From assembly GCA_965208325.1 (NCBI GenBank), contig OZ242326.1, forward strand, positions 2,208,001 to 2,272,000: 64,000 nucleotides of DNA. The letters run 5' to 3'. Position 1 is the first letter of the stretch. Each line of letters opens with the position of its first letter. The notes under the pieces are model-generated. The model made no database searches and was not told the origin of the DNA. It saw only the letters and a list, made by a program, of their open reading frames with translations. Position numbers and translations under genes: made by a program. Origin of the DNA: Candidatus Poribacteria bacterium. Lineage in GTDB: Bacteria > Poribacteria > WGA-4E > PCPOR2b. This document shows positions 9,483 through 19,636 of this stretch, in pieces.

Positions 9483-10706
9483 TTAATCATCCAGCGGGTT
9501 AAGACCTGATTTTGAATACTGCGCCAGCTGCTCTGAACCGATAATCTTGAATTTGCCGTTGTTCTGGTCCGTCAATGAGACCAACAGTTGAGCTCCCATC
9601 GAACGCTGTAGATTTATTTCAAGTCCGACGACATAAATGCTCGCATCGTTGACATTTTTCGCTCTGACGGTCTCAAGGATTTTCCTAGAATCTGTTTCAA
9701 TATGGCCTTGCTTACCGCGTCCCGCTGTTGGAAGTCCGTCAGTGACCAATACGATGATTGATGTGTCGATTTCAAGGGCTTTTTCAACGGCTGCGAGGAG
9801 ATTTGTGCCTTGATAATTCACGATGCGTTCAGGGGTAAATCGATTGAGGTATTTCGACGCTTTTTCAATGTTCTCAATCGTTGCGGGCAGCAGCGAATTG
9901 CTCATCAGCGTCGCATTAGCCGAAAACGTGACAATATTGAAATAGTCATCGCTGCCAAGCGAAAACATCGATTCTTTAATCGATTCGAGCGCTAGCTCAA
10001 GCTTCTTCAATCCTGCCGCTTGCATGCTTGCAGAGACATCTAGGCAATAGACGATGTTTTGCGGGCCTTCAAACTCGTCAAGAAAGTCAATGATTCCCAA
10101 TTTATCGCCGATTCCCGAATTTCCACCCCCGCCAAGCAGCCCGTCAATGGAATCGCCGTAAGAATCAACACCGAACATCCCGTTGCGCTGCCCGGGTACC
10201 CGCACACGACCCGTGACCTTGCCCTGCCCGTCCACCGGTCCAGGGTGGGAAACGAGCCGTTCAAGATTTGATGCTTCAGCGTCACGGAGTTGGGCGTCCG
10301 TCATTATATCGGGAATCTTCTCACTTGGCGCTGCCGTGTTGACTTCGATATTTTTGTACACAATCCGTTCACTGAGACGCATGACTTCTCGAATCTTGTT
10401 AGGTGAGGATTCGGCGAGTTTGTTTTTTGCCGCGCGCGCAAGCAGTTCATCGGGTCTGCGGACTGTCTTTTTTAACGGCGGTTTGGTCTTAGGCTGCCGC
10501 AGTTTCAGTTTAGGTAAGTCCTTGACCCATTCCACGGCTATGCTATCTTCGTCTTTGACAGGTTTCTGCTGAAGGACAAAAAGATATATGATTACAGCGA
10601 TGAGGTGAAAGATTAACGACAGAAGCAGCGCCGAACGCCTCCGAGTTTTGCTGCGCTCAATCTGCTCTTGTCTGGCAGCCAAGGTTGTCAATTGTAACGA
10701 AGTCAT
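9483..10706 (-). CDS. Membrane-anchored VWA domain protein
   Basis: N-terminal TM SLIFHLIA, low-complexity linker, MIDAS motif DVSASM, GTNL, LVTDGLPT. Confidence 0.85.
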   Translation of the reverse strand: MTSLQLTTLAARQEQIERSKTRRRSALLLSLIFHLIAVIIYLFVLQQKPVKDEDSIAVEWVKDLPKLKLRQPKTKPPLKKTVRRPDELLARAAKNKLAESSPNKIREVMRLSERIVYKNIEVNTAAPSEKIPDIMTDAQLRDAEASNLERLVSHPGPVDGQGKVTGRVRVPGQRNGMFGVDSYGDSIDGLLGGGGNSGIGDKLGIIDFLDEFEGPQNIVYCLDVSASMQAAGLKKLELALESIKESMFSLGSDDYFNIVTFSANATLMSNSLLPATIENIEKASKYLNRFTPERIVNYQGTNLLAAVEKALEIDTSIIVLVTDGLPTAGRGKQGHIETDSRKILETVRAKNVNDASIYVVGLEINLQRSMGAQLLVSLTDQNNGKFKIIGSEQLAQYSKSGLNPLDD

Positions 10707-10834
10707 GGTAGCCTCCTGAATTCATCCGGCAAACCGTTAAAACTAGTCATCGATAATTGATTGCTGCGGCTTGGTGAAGAATTTACATAACGGTAAACGG
10801 ATCGTCCATGCGACGCTTAGTTCACCGCATCAAC

Positions 10835-12205
10835 TCAAATCTGCATCCGCTCCCACCGGTTGCCGCGGAAGCGCAAAAAGTAAGTTAATCCAAGGATAAT
10901 AATATAAACCGTAGCCCCTCCCCATGCGCCCACAACGCCGTATCCTAATACGACGCCAATCCCATAAGCGAGCGGAAGGAATAATAACCATGCGTAACCG
11001 ATGCCGACCCACATTGTGAAAAGCGTATCTCCCGCGCCTTCAAGCGCGCCTACCGAACAGATTCCGAATGCATCTGCGATTTGGAAAATTGCGGCAAAAT
11101 ATAGAATAAACTTGCCAATCCGCACGACCTCCGCGTCTAATGTAACCAACGAGAACAGCCATTCCGGCACTGTAAAAAATACAACCGCCGCCACGAGGGT
11201 GTAAGCGATTCCCATCTTTATTGTGGTGTAGCCGCTTTTCCGGGCGTAATGCAGTTGATTGGATCCGATATATTGTCCAACTAATGTTGTCGCGGCTCGA
11301 GAGATTCCGTGGAGCGGCATAAACACTGTGGAAATCAAAGTGATTACCGCGGTATTCGCCGCAAGCGCAACATCGCTCATCTGCCCGATAAAAGCGGTGA
11401 ATACCGTAAAACTCAATAGGTCCAAGAAAGACTGAACCCCCATCGGCGCACCAATTCGGAGAATTCGGCGCAATTCGCTGAAATTAATCTGAAAACTGGA
11501 GCGTGTTTTGAAGGCTTGGTCGGATTTCCGTGATAGGAAAACGGCGAGATAGCCAATTGCCGCCACGATGCCCGCGATTACCGTTGCAATGGCGGCACCC
11601 GCGACTTCAAGCCTAGGGAAACCGAAATGTCCAAATATCAGCACATAGTCGAGGACGATGTTGATAATATTCGCAACAAGCTCAATCCACATCGGGGTTT
11701 GCGTGTCGCCGATGCCGCGCAGAAAGCCGCCCACCCCGAATGAAATGAATAGATTAATCCCACCGTACAACCGAATTTGTGCGTAGATGCCCCCCAACCG
11801 TTGAACTTCGTCAGAAGGGTTCATCACCGCAAACAAAAATCCCGCGACTCGACTCAGCAGCAATACGACAAGGTACGATCCCAACGCCAAGTAAAGCCCC
11901 TGCCAAGTTGCAACGGCGACACCGTGCCGATCTTCGGAACCGTAACGTTGTGCGACGAAGGTATTGATGCTGAAGAGCAAACCGTTAAAAAAAGAAAACA
12001 GCGTCCACGTCAATAATCCCGCAAACCCGACAGCCGCTAGTTCTACAGCGCCGAGCCGTCCCACCATTGCCGTGTCAACAAACATCATCACGGTACGCGA
12101 CATCATCGTGATAACAACGGGATACCCCAACATCCAGACTTCACGATAGCCGCCGGGAGCGATTGCAGGCTTTTTGCTATTCAGTTGGTCTTCGTTTTGG
12201 TGCAC
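10835..12205 (-). CDS. MATE family efflux transporter
   Basis: VDTAMVGRLG, LRGIGDTQTPM, NIVLDYVLIFG, GAAIAT; about 12 TM helices. Confidence 0.93.
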   Translation of the reverse strand: MHQNEDQLNSKKPAIAPGGYREVWMLGYPVVITMMSRTVMMFVDTAMVGRLGAVELAAVGFAGLLTWTLFSFFNGLLFSINTFVAQRYGSEDRHGVAVATWQGLYLALGSYLVVLLLSRVAGFLFAVMNPSDEVQRLGGIYAQIRLYGGINLFISFGVGGFLRGIGDTQTPMWIELVANIINIVLDYVLIFGHFGFPRLEVAGAAIATVIAGIVAAIGYLAVFLSRKSDQAFKTRSSFQINFSELRRILRIGAPMGVQSFLDLLSFTVFTAFIGQMSDVALAANTAVITLISTVFMPLHGISRAATTLVGQYIGSNQLHYARKSGYTTIKMGIAYTLVAAVVFFTVPEWLFSLVTLDAEVVRIGKFILYFAAIFQIADAFGICSVGALEGAGDTLFTMWVGIGYAWLLFLPLAYGIGVVLGYGVVGAWGGATVYIIILGLTYFLRFRGNRWERMQI

Positions 12206-12223
12206 TCATTCCTTCCTATGCAA

Positions 12224-12790
12224 TCAGCCCCTATCGTATAAGTTTCGACGAAATACGCCGCTGTCTCGTTTACATGCATCGTCTGTCAACCCATTTCTTT
12301 CAAACATGTCAATCCATTTTTCTCCTCTGGGAGTCAATTCATAATAGGTGTGATTCCGGTGCTTCATCCATTTTCCTTTGACGATATTCTTGCGGTATTG
12401 AATGATTCGTTTTTCGACGCGTTTCAAACCGCCAATCGCCTTTAATTTCCGATGTTGTTTGTAAGTTTCTTCAAGTGCGATTCCGAGTGCTTCGGAGACA
12501 GCGATTGAGTAGTCTATCCCAAATTTTTGATGATGCTTGAGTATAAGGTAATCTATCTCATCTAGCGTGCCAAACACCGAATCAGCTTCATCTGGTTCCG
12601 AAGTCGATGCGGCAGCCTGAATTTCCTGCCATGTCACACTGAGGAGTCGTTCTTGCCGAAGGTGTTTTAACGATGCACAACCGGATAGGTGGACAGCGAT
12701 GGCACCGTCTTCCTTGAAGTATCCGATAACGCGGCATCCAACTTGCGGCGAGCAACACTTGGCGAGTGCGTAGGTGAGTTCTTCAGTCAT
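12224..12790 (-). CDS. RelA/SpoT zinc-finger-like domain fused to a DUF2250-like winged helix
   Basis: LAKCCSP..G..VIGY......VH..GC...ERLLSVTW; C-terminal GIDYS...KHRNHTYYELTPRG. Confidence 0.7.
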   Translation of the reverse strand: MTEELTYALAKCCSPQVGCRVIGYFKEDGAIAVHLSGCASLKHLRQERLLSVTWQEIQAAASTSEPDEADSVFGTLDEIDYLILKHHQKFGIDYSIAVSEALGIALEETYKQHRKLKAIGGLKRVEKRIIQYRKNIVKGKWMKHRNHTYYELTPRGEKWIDMFERNGLTDDACKRDSGVFRRNLYDRG

Positions 12791-12826
12791 TCATTTTACC
12801 ACTTTAGTCAGATATGCATTCACGTC

Positions 12827-14107
12827 TCACGAATCTCTGCCCAACACCCGATGTCCAATGTCCTTCCGAAAATGGGCAGCGTCAAAGTGGATTTCTGCGA
12901 CGCCGAGATATGCGCGGCTGATTGCTTCGCTGACGTCACTTGCCAGCGCCGTGACGCCTAACACTCGCCCGCCGTTGGTGACGATGCGTCCACTATCCGA
13001 CTGTGTACCAGCGTGAAAGACGGTTACGCCTTCCAATGAGTTCGCAGCCTCCAGTCCGGTGATTGCTTTACCGCTCTCGTATGCATCGGGATAACCGCCG
13101 GATGCCATAACTACGCTCACCGCCGCGCCGGGTTTCCATTCGACTGAAATCTCATCCAATCCTCCGTCCACGCACGCGTTAAGCAGTGGAACCAGATCGC
13201 TCTCCATTCTCGGCAGCAGCACCTGCGCTTCCGGATCGCCCAAACGGCAATTGAACTCCAATACTTTCACTTCTGACCCGTCAATCATTAAGCCGACATA
13301 CAACACACCTCTGAATGGACGCCCCGCTTCACGCATCGCCCTGATAGTCGGATAAACAACCGTGTTCATGACTTGCGAGTGAATTTCAGGGGTGATGGCA
13401 GGCGCCGGTGAATAAGCGCCCATGCCGCCGGTGTTCTTTCCTCGGTCTCCATCCAGCGCCGGCTTGTGATCTTGAGAGCTGACTAATGGGATGCAATGCA
13501 CACCGTCGGTCAACACGGTAAAGGAAGCCTCCTCGCCAACCAGCAACTCTTCGATGACGACCTTATTCCCCGCGCTGCCGAAGGCACGATGAACCATAAT
13601 CTGCTCAACAGCACTGATGGCTTCATCCTGCGTACGGCCGCTAATGGCGCCCTTGCCTGCGGCGAGGCCATCCGCCTTGACAAAGACAGGTGTGTTTATC
13701 CCTTTGAGATACGCGACGGCGGCATCAGGACTGTCGAATGTGCGGTGTGCCGCCGTCGGGATGTTGTTGTCAATCATTAACTGCTTGGCGAAGTCCTTAC
13801 TGGCTTCCAGTATTGCCGCCTTCCGATTGGGTCCGAACGCTCGAAGTCCGCGTTCAAGAAAGACATCGACTAAACCGTTCGCCAAAGGCAGCTCTGGCCC
13901 CACAATAGTCAGATCTATCTTTTCCGTTTCGGCGAAGTCCGCGAGTTCAGCGAAGTTGTTTTCCAAGCGAATCGACCGGCAGTCGGCGATTTGCGCGATA
14001 CCGGGGTTTCCGGGCACGCAATATACTTTTTCAACAACCGCGCTCTGCGCAATCTTCCATGCGATGACGTGCTCTCTTCCGCCGCTGCCAATAACCAGAA
14101 CTCTCAT
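12827..14107 (-). CDS. purD: Phosphoribosylamine--glycine ligase
   Basis: VLVIGSGGREH, VGPELPL, LEASKDFAK, KADGLAAGKG, NTGGMGAYSP, EFNCRLGDPE. Confidence 0.98.
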   Translation of the reverse strand: MRVLVIGSGGREHVIAWKIAQSAVVEKVYCVPGNPGIAQIADCRSIRLENNFAELADFAETEKIDLTIVGPELPLANGLVDVFLERGLRAFGPNRKAAILEASKDFAKQLMIDNNIPTAAHRTFDSPDAAVAYLKGINTPVFVKADGLAAGKGAISGRTQDEAISAVEQIMVHRAFGSAGNKVVIEELLVGEEASFTVLTDGVHCIPLVSSQDHKPALDGDRGKNTGGMGAYSPAPAITPEIHSQVMNTVVYPTIRAMREAGRPFRGVLYVGLMIDGSEVKVLEFNCRLGDPEAQVLLPRMESDLVPLLNACVDGGLDEISVEWKPGAAVSVVMASGGYPDAYESGKAITGLEAANSLEGVTVFHAGTQSDSGRIVTNGGRVLGVTALASDVSEAISRAYLGVAEIHFDAAHFRKDIGHRVLGRDS

Positions 14108-14176
14108 TGCTCACCTTCTAATTTTCTGAGGTTCTTTTCCTCACGCCAATAAACGCCAAATTTTCAAAGTTGTCGG

Positions 14177-15271
14177 TTAGATTGCCTCATGTGCGAAGAG
14201 TGCATCAACAAAATCGCGCGGAACAAAGTCGCGTAAATCGTCCAATTTTTCCCCGATTCCTATCAGTTTGACGGGCGCACCGATTTCTTCCTTCACGGCA
14301 ATGACAATGCCGCCCTTTGCGGTACCGTCCAGCTTTGTCACGGCAACGCCTGTAACGGGCACGGTTTCATTAAAGGTTTTCGCCTGCATAATTGCATTCT
14401 GGCCGGCTGTCCCGTCGATGACGAGCAGGACTTCATGCGGGGCGTCCGGCAGCCCGCGCGACATGACTCTCCCGATCTTCGATAGCTGATCCATCAAGGG
14501 CTTCTTCGTATGAAGCCGTCCTGCGGTATCGACGAGAAGCACATCGACCTGCCGAGCCTTCGCAGCTTGGACGGCATCAAAGACAACCGATGCAGGGTCT
14601 GAACCGTGGCTGCCTCTAATCAGTTCGCTGCCGGTGCGATTGCACCAAATCGCCAATTGATCTTCGGCAGCGGCGCGGAAGGTATCTCCTGCGGCGACGA
14701 GCACACGCTTTTCCTCGGATTTGAATCGATGTGCGAGTTTGCCGATTGTCGTCGTTTTGCCAGAACCGTTAACGCCTAAAATCAGAATGGCATACGGCCG
14801 CCGACCCTCGACATCAATGCCCGCTTCCGATTCTCCGAGTACATTCAGTATTTCCCCTTTGAGAATCTCTTCCAATTCGGACGGATGTTTTAACCCCTTT
14901 CCATTGACTGTCTCACGGACGTTATTCATCAACTTTGCCGTCGTATTTACGCCAACATCGGCTTGAATCAAGATTGCCTCGATTTCATCCAGTAAATCTT
15001 CATCAATACGGTTGCCGCTGCGCAGAAGGCTGCCGATTTGACCGATAAGTTGACTCCGTGTTTTTGACAGTCCCGCCTTAAGTCGGCCGAACCAGTTGCG
15101 TTCCGCATCGACCGATGAATCAGTCTGCCGGAATGATTGCGTGCCGGGTTTCTCAGGAGGAATCTCTACCGTGTCAGGAGAATTTGCCGAATTCACGGAT
15201 TCCTCCGGCACCGTCTGTGTCTGTTCTTGTGCTTCGTTATTCTTTTTTCGTTTGAATGGGTTCTTTATCAT
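14177..15271 (-). CDS. ftsY: Signal recognition particle receptor
   Basis: GVNGSGKTTTIGKLA, DTFRAAA, DTAGRLH, TKLDGTAKGG. Confidence 0.98.
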   Translation of the reverse strand: MIKNPFKRKKNNEAQEQTQTVPEESVNSANSPDTVEIPPEKPGTQSFRQTDSSVDAERNWFGRLKAGLSKTRSQLIGQIGSLLRSGNRIDEDLLDEIEAILIQADVGVNTTAKLMNNVRETVNGKGLKHPSELEEILKGEILNVLGESEAGIDVEGRRPYAILILGVNGSGKTTTIGKLAHRFKSEEKRVLVAAGDTFRAAAEDQLAIWCNRTGSELIRGSHGSDPASVVFDAVQAAKARQVDVLLVDTAGRLHTKKPLMDQLSKIGRVMSRGLPDAPHEVLLVIDGTAGQNAIMQAKTFNETVPVTGVAVTKLDGTAKGGIVIAVKEEIGAPVKLIGIGEKLDDLRDFVPRDFVDALFAHEAI

Positions 15272-15315
15272 TGACGCCTTTCACATGAGCGGAATTAAAT
15301 GGGATGTATTCCTCG

Positions 15316-15741
15316 TTAAGGACGATTGATTATCCCCGACTCCACGGCGACCTTCGCCTTACGTTCCGGTCTTTCATGAAGATGTCCATGTCCGGGCAGC
15401 GCAATTCCCACCCGCACGGATGGTTTGTCGCCTTTGGGGAATATGTGGTGGAAACACCGAGCCGGGACATAGACAAAATCCCCCGCGGATGCCTTTACCG
15501 GCCTATCTTCGCGCCCCTCAATGACCCATTCAATCTCGCCCTCAAGCACGACCCACCACTCGTCGTAATCGTGGCAATGACGGTCGTTTATATGTCCCGG
15601 ATTCTGGTAAATCACCACGCCTACCACGTGCTCTGCCAGGACCACTGGGTGGGACCAAGGCGGAGGACCCATCATCTTCTTAATGTCTTCAAGACTGATG
15701 TTATTTAGCGCATCGCTAAGAATCGGCGTTTTCAACGGCAT
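15316..15741 (-). CDS. Cupin domain protein
   Basis: HCHDYDEWWVVLEG and GDFVYVPARCFHHI cupin motifs. Confidence 0.85.
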   Translation of the reverse strand: MPLKTPILSDALNNISLEDIKKMMGPPPWSHPVVLAEHVVGVVIYQNPGHINDRHCHDYDEWWVVLEGEIEWVIEGREDRPVKASAGDFVYVPARCFHHIFPKGDKPSVRVGIALPGHGHLHERPERKAKVAVESGIINRP

Positions 15742-15794
15742 GGATTTCTACTTTGCAGTTTTTAAACATCGGCAAATTCAACCTTAAAGTAAAG

Positions 15795-15827
15795 AAGGCT
15801 GAAGGGTAGGAAAACCTTCAGCCTTCA
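15795..15827. terminator. Hairpin, probable terminator downstream of the cyclophilin pair
   Basis: gaaggctgaagg-gtaggaaaa-ccttcagccttc inverted repeat. Confidence 0.5.
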
Positions 15828-15878
15828 TGAGCTTATCGCTTCATTCCCGATATAACTTCGTGTCGGGAGCGGCGAACT

Positions 15879-16448
15879 TTAGCCTTTTTCGCGGATACTA
15901 ATCGTCGTGATTTTGTCGCCCGGCTCAATTTTATCTAGCACATCAAGGCCCTTGACGACTTTACCGAACACTGCGTAATCACCAACAGGTTCAAGTTCGG
16001 TGAGACAGATATAGAATTCGGAGGCGTGTGATTCTGCAACTCCATCGCCTGCCATCGCAATTACCCCTTTAACATGACCCCGATCGTTTTTCTCCAATGG
16101 CATCGTGTCAGCTACCAGAGGAGAACCCGCTTGGATGGTTTCGCCGGGATTGTCAGTGTGAAACGACCTACCGTTGTAATATCCCAACCTGGCGTTCTTG
16201 ACGAAGTTTTGTACCGTCTGAGTCGCGTCGTTGGAATAGAGTTCAACTTCCATCATTCCCTTGGCTGTCTCAATCACAGCGATAGCGTTGTGAATGTCAA
16301 TCTGCGGCGCTTTTTTCTGCGCTGGCTGCGCACTTATCGTCGGACGCGCTTTCGGCGCGGGCGGCTCTTTTTTTTCCTCTGGGCAGCTTGCGAGAAACAC
16401 GACGCACATCGTTACGAGAATCGCCGGAGCAAAACGGCTGGTGCACAT
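15879..16448 (-). CDS. Cyclophilin-type PPIase-like lipoprotein, degenerate active site
   Basis: Lipobox LASC; AVIETAKG..EVELY...A..TVQNF, SEFYICL, YAVFGKVVKGLDV; FHT in place of FHR. Confidence 0.8.
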   Translation of the reverse strand: MCTSRFAPAILVTMCVVFLASCPEEKKEPPAPKARPTISAQPAQKKAPQIDIHNAIAVIETAKGMMEVELYSNDATQTVQNFVKNARLGYYNGRSFHTDNPGETIQAGSPLVADTMPLEKNDRGHVKGVIAMAGDGVAESHASEFYICLTELEPVGDYAVFGKVVKGLDVLDKIEPGDKITTISIREKG

Positions 16449-16455
16449 TCGGTTG

Positions 16456-17028
16456 CTACTGAGGCTTAACATACTTTGACTTCACCTCCAATCGAACGGT
16501 TTTCATGCTGTCGCCAATCTCCAACAGATCGACGACATCCATGCCTTGGATGACTCGACCAAACGTTGTATATCGTCCGTCAAGATGAGGCTGCGGTTTC
16601 AGACAGATGTAAACTTGACTCCCAGCTGAGTTTGGAGCGTTTGTACGCGCCATGGCGACGGTGCCTCTCAGATGAGGGCGTTGGTTCGGTAGGGTATACT
16701 CGTCAATGATGGTGTAGCCGGGGCCGCCGGTTCCATCGCCGTTCGGGTCACCTCCCTGCACAATGTTCAAACTCTCGTTGTTTACGATACGGTGAAATGT
16801 AAGCCCATTGTAGAACCGTTTCTTAACCAGTTTTTTGAAGTTGCCAACGGCGACGGGCGCGGAATCCGAATACAACTCAATGACAATCTTCCCCTTCGTG
16901 GTTCTCATCGTGACGACCTGCTCCTCTGAAGTCTCACTTTCGCCCATAATCATGGCGCAACTCGTCCACACGAATGGGGCGAGTAGAATGACGAGAACTT
17001 TAGCGGATAAAAGAAGATTTCTTGGCAT
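16456..17028 (-). CDS. Cyclophilin-type peptidyl-prolyl cis-trans isomerase, probable lipoprotein
   Basis: FYNGLTFHRI, QGGDPNGDGTGGPGY, GTVAMAR, SAGSQ, HLDGRYTTFGRV; WTSC lipobox-like sequence. Confidence 0.93.
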   Translation of the reverse strand: MPRNLLLSAKVLVILLAPFVWTSCAMIMGESETSEEQVVTMRTTKGKIVIELYSDSAPVAVGNFKKLVKKRFYNGLTFHRIVNNESLNIVQGGDPNGDGTGGPGYTIIDEYTLPNQRPHLRGTVAMARTNAPNSAGSQVYICLKPQPHLDGRYTTFGRVIQGMDVVDLLEIGDSMKTVRLEVKSKYVKPQ

Positions 17029-17158
17029 CAAGCCGCCTTTCACGGTTGTGAAACGATACCGGTTATGAAAGCTGGTTTTTTCGATTACGCATTAGCATAG
17101 CAAAAGTCCGAATAAAAGTCAAGAATTTCGTGGCAAATTCCTCGCCCGTCCTTTCCGC

Positions 17159-17187
17159 TTGATCTTTACACACGCTTAATGTATAAT
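17159..17187 (+). promoter_or_regulatory. Sigma70-type promoter for leuCD
   Basis: TTGATC, 17 nt spacer, TATAAT. Confidence 0.55.
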
Positions 17188-17250
17188 CTCGCACGCTAAA
17201 AATACGAATGGGACTTTGGCGTTTGAAAGTCCATGCACTAGGAGAAGCAG

Positions 17251-18654
17251 ATGAAGCCGCGAACAATGTTTGAAAAAATTTGGAACGCCCACATCGTGCG
17301 TGAAGTGCCGGGAGAAGCGACAATTCTTTATATTGACACGCATCTCGTCCACGAAGTGACCTCTCCCCAGGCGTTTGAAGGATTGAGGCTCACCGGACGA
17401 AAGGTGCGGTGTCCGCATCTTACGTTTGCGACGATGGATCATAACGTGCCGACAACGGATAGATCCCTCCCAATCACGGATTTGATTGCCGCCAAACAGA
17501 TAGAGACGTTAGCGAAAAATTGCAGCGAATTTGGGATTACCTTGTACGACCTGCATAGTGCGAAACAGGGTATCGTGCATGTAATTGGCCCTGAACTTGG
17601 GATTACGCAGCCGGGAAAGACGATGGTATGCGGCGACAGCCACACCTCGACGCACGGCGCGTTGGGGGCGCTTGCCATCGGCATTGGTACCAGCGAAATC
17701 GAGCACGTCCTCGCGACACAATGCCTTCTGCAGCAGCGTTCGAAGACCTTTGAAATCAACATCGAAGGACAGCTTTCCCACGGCGTGACAGCGAAGGATA
17801 TCATTCTCTCAATAATTGGGAAAATCGGAATTGGAGGCGGCACGGGAACGGTGATTGAATATTCAGGTTCGACCATCCGATCGTTGAGCATTGAGGAGCG
17901 GATGACGGTGTGTAATATGTCCATCGAAGCCGGTGCGCGAGCCGGGATGGTCGCGCCCGATGATACGACCTATGAATACTTGGCTGACCGCGAATTTTCA
18001 CCGAATGGAGACGCCTTTAATCGCGCCGTCGAGCGGTGGAACAGACTGCGGCCCGATGAGGGTGCAAGTTATGACAAATCCATCAGCATTGATGCAAAAA
18101 CACTTGCGCCCCAAGTTACATGGGGGACCAACCCCGGTATGGTAACCGATGTGACCGGCGTTGTCCCGGATCCGGACGATATGCCGACACTTGATGAGAA
18201 AAATGCCGTCCAACGAGCGCTTGAGTATGTCAATCTGACACCGGGAACACAAATGACAGATGTTCAGGTAGACAGGGTGTTCATCGGCAGTTGCACAAAT
18301 TCGCGCATCACCGATCTTCGCGCAGCGGCTGAAACGGCGAAAGGAAGAAAGGTTGCTCCGACAGTAAATGCGCTTGTCGTCCCGGGATCGCAAGCGGTCA
18401 AACGGCAAGCGGAAGCGGAAGGCTTAGACGGTATCTTCCGCGCCGCCGGTTTTGAATGGCGCGAGGCGGGATGCAGCATGTGTCTCGGCATGAATCCAGA
18501 CATCCTGATGCCAGGGCAGCGATGTGCGAGCACATCGAACCGAAATTTTGAGGGCAGGCAAGGGAAAGGCGGGCGGACGCACCTCGTCAGTCCGCAGATG
18601 GCTGCGGCGGCTGCCATCGCTGGGCATTTCGTCGATGTTCGGACGTGGGAATAA
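17251..18654 (+). CDS. leuC: 3-isopropylmalate dehydratase large subunit
   Basis: [56 protein letters not shown]. Confidence 0.98.
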   Translation: MKPRTMFEKIWNAHIVREVPGEATILYIDTHLVHEVTSPQAFEGLRLTGRKVRCPHLTFATMDHNVPTTDRSLPITDLIAAKQIETLAKNCSEFGITLYDLHSAKQGIVHVIGPELGITQPGKTMVCGDSHTSTHGALGALAIGIGTSEIEHVLATQCLLQQRSKTFEINIEGQLSHGVTAKDIILSIIGKIGIGGGTGTVIEYSGSTIRSLSIEERMTVCNMSIEAGARAGMVAPDDTTYEYLADREFSPNGDAFNRAVERWNRLRPDEGASYDKSISIDAKTLAPQVTWGTNPGMVTDVTGVVPDPDDMPTLDEKNAVQRALEYVNLTPGTQMTDVQVDRVFIGSCTNSRITDLRAAAETAKGRKVAPTVNALVVPGSQAVKRQAEAEGLDGIFRAAGFEWREAGCSMCLGMNPDILMPGQRCASTSNRNFEGRQGKGGRTHLVSPQMAAAAAIAGHFVDVRTWE

Positions 18655-18709
18655 CACCTAACCGCAATGTGCAAGAATTATCATCGGCGAGCCAATAGGA
18701 GACAGGAGT

Positions 18710-19303
18710 ATGGAACCCTTTCGAAAACACACGGGACTGTGTGTCCCGCTGAATCGAATTAATGTTGATACCGACCAAATCATCCCCAAGCAGTTTTTGA
18801 AGCGCATCGAACGTACCGGTTTTGGCGCGTACCTCTTTCACGACTGGCGCATTCTTGACACGGGCGAACTCAATCCGGATTTCATTCTGAACGCGCCGCG
18901 GTATCAGGGAGCAAGCATCCTGGTTGCGGGCACCAACTTTGGCTGCGGCAGCTCTCGTGAACATGCGCCGTGGGCTTTGCAAGATTACGGTTTCGCGGCG
19001 GTAATCGCGCCTTCCTTCGGTGACATTTTCCGGAACAACTCCTACAAAAACGGCCTCCTGCCGGTCGTTTTGTCGGAGGATATTGCTGCGGATCTCATGC
19101 GGCAGATCGAGGCGCAAGAGGGTTACAAGCTGACAATAGATCTCGAAAGCCAGAACGTGATTCAACCGAATGGGTCAGCGCACCCGTTTGAGATTGGAGA
19201 TTTCCAGAAGCAGTGCCTGCTCAACGGCTTGGATGAAATTGGTTGGACACTCCAGTTTGAATCGTCAATTGCGGAGTATGAGAGCCGAATGGAAATTTAT
19301 TGA
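18710..19303 (+). CDS. leuD: 3-isopropylmalate dehydratase small subunit
   Basis: [37 protein letters not shown]. Confidence 0.98.
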   Translation: MEPFRKHTGLCVPLNRINVDTDQIIPKQFLKRIERTGFGAYLFHDWRILDTGELNPDFILNAPRYQGASILVAGTNFGCGSSREHAPWALQDYGFAAVIAPSFGDIFRNNSYKNGLLPVVLSEDIAADLMRQIEAQEGYKLTIDLESQNVIQPNGSAHPFEIGDFQKQCLLNGLDEIGWTLQFESSIAEYESRMEIY

Positions 19304-19325
19304 GGTAGCGCGCAAACAGATCAAC

Positions 19326-19367
19326 ACCGCGCACTTTTTACTTTCGCGCGATTTTCCGTTATTTCAT
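19326..19367 (-). pseudogene. Possible hicA toxin N-terminal remnant
   Basis: ATG overlaps the hicB TGA (ATGA). Reads MK*RKIARK*KVRG, like HicA starts of the MKYREIARKLKxLG type with two nonsense codons, then breaks off near the leuD end. Confidence 0.45.
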
Positions 19368-19636
19368 GTAATGGGATAGGCAGTTTCTAAGGAAATCGGG
19401 TTGTTGGCTTTGGGAATGTGTGCATTGCTAGGAAGGGGTTTACCGAGTTCTTCATAGAGTTCGACAACGGCAAGAAAAGCGTCATTAGCATTTTCTAACG
19501 CTTCATCTATAGAATCGCCTTCTGTTATGAGTTCTGGCAATGTAGGGGAGGTGACGGTATAACCTCCTTCAGGCTGTGGCGTTAAAATTAACTTGATGCT
19601 CTCAAACTCCTTTTCTAATGCATTGGGAGATTGCAT
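19364..19636 (-). CDS. hicB: HicB family antitoxin
   Basis: LILTPQPEGGYTVTSPTLPELITEGDSIDEALENANDAF...ELGKPLP. Start uncertain; overlaps the vsr 3' end. Confidence 0.85.
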   Translation of the reverse strand: MQSPNALEKEFESIKLILTPQPEGGYTVTSPTLPELITEGDSIDEALENANDAFLAVVELYEELGKPLPSNAHIPKANNPISLETAYPIT

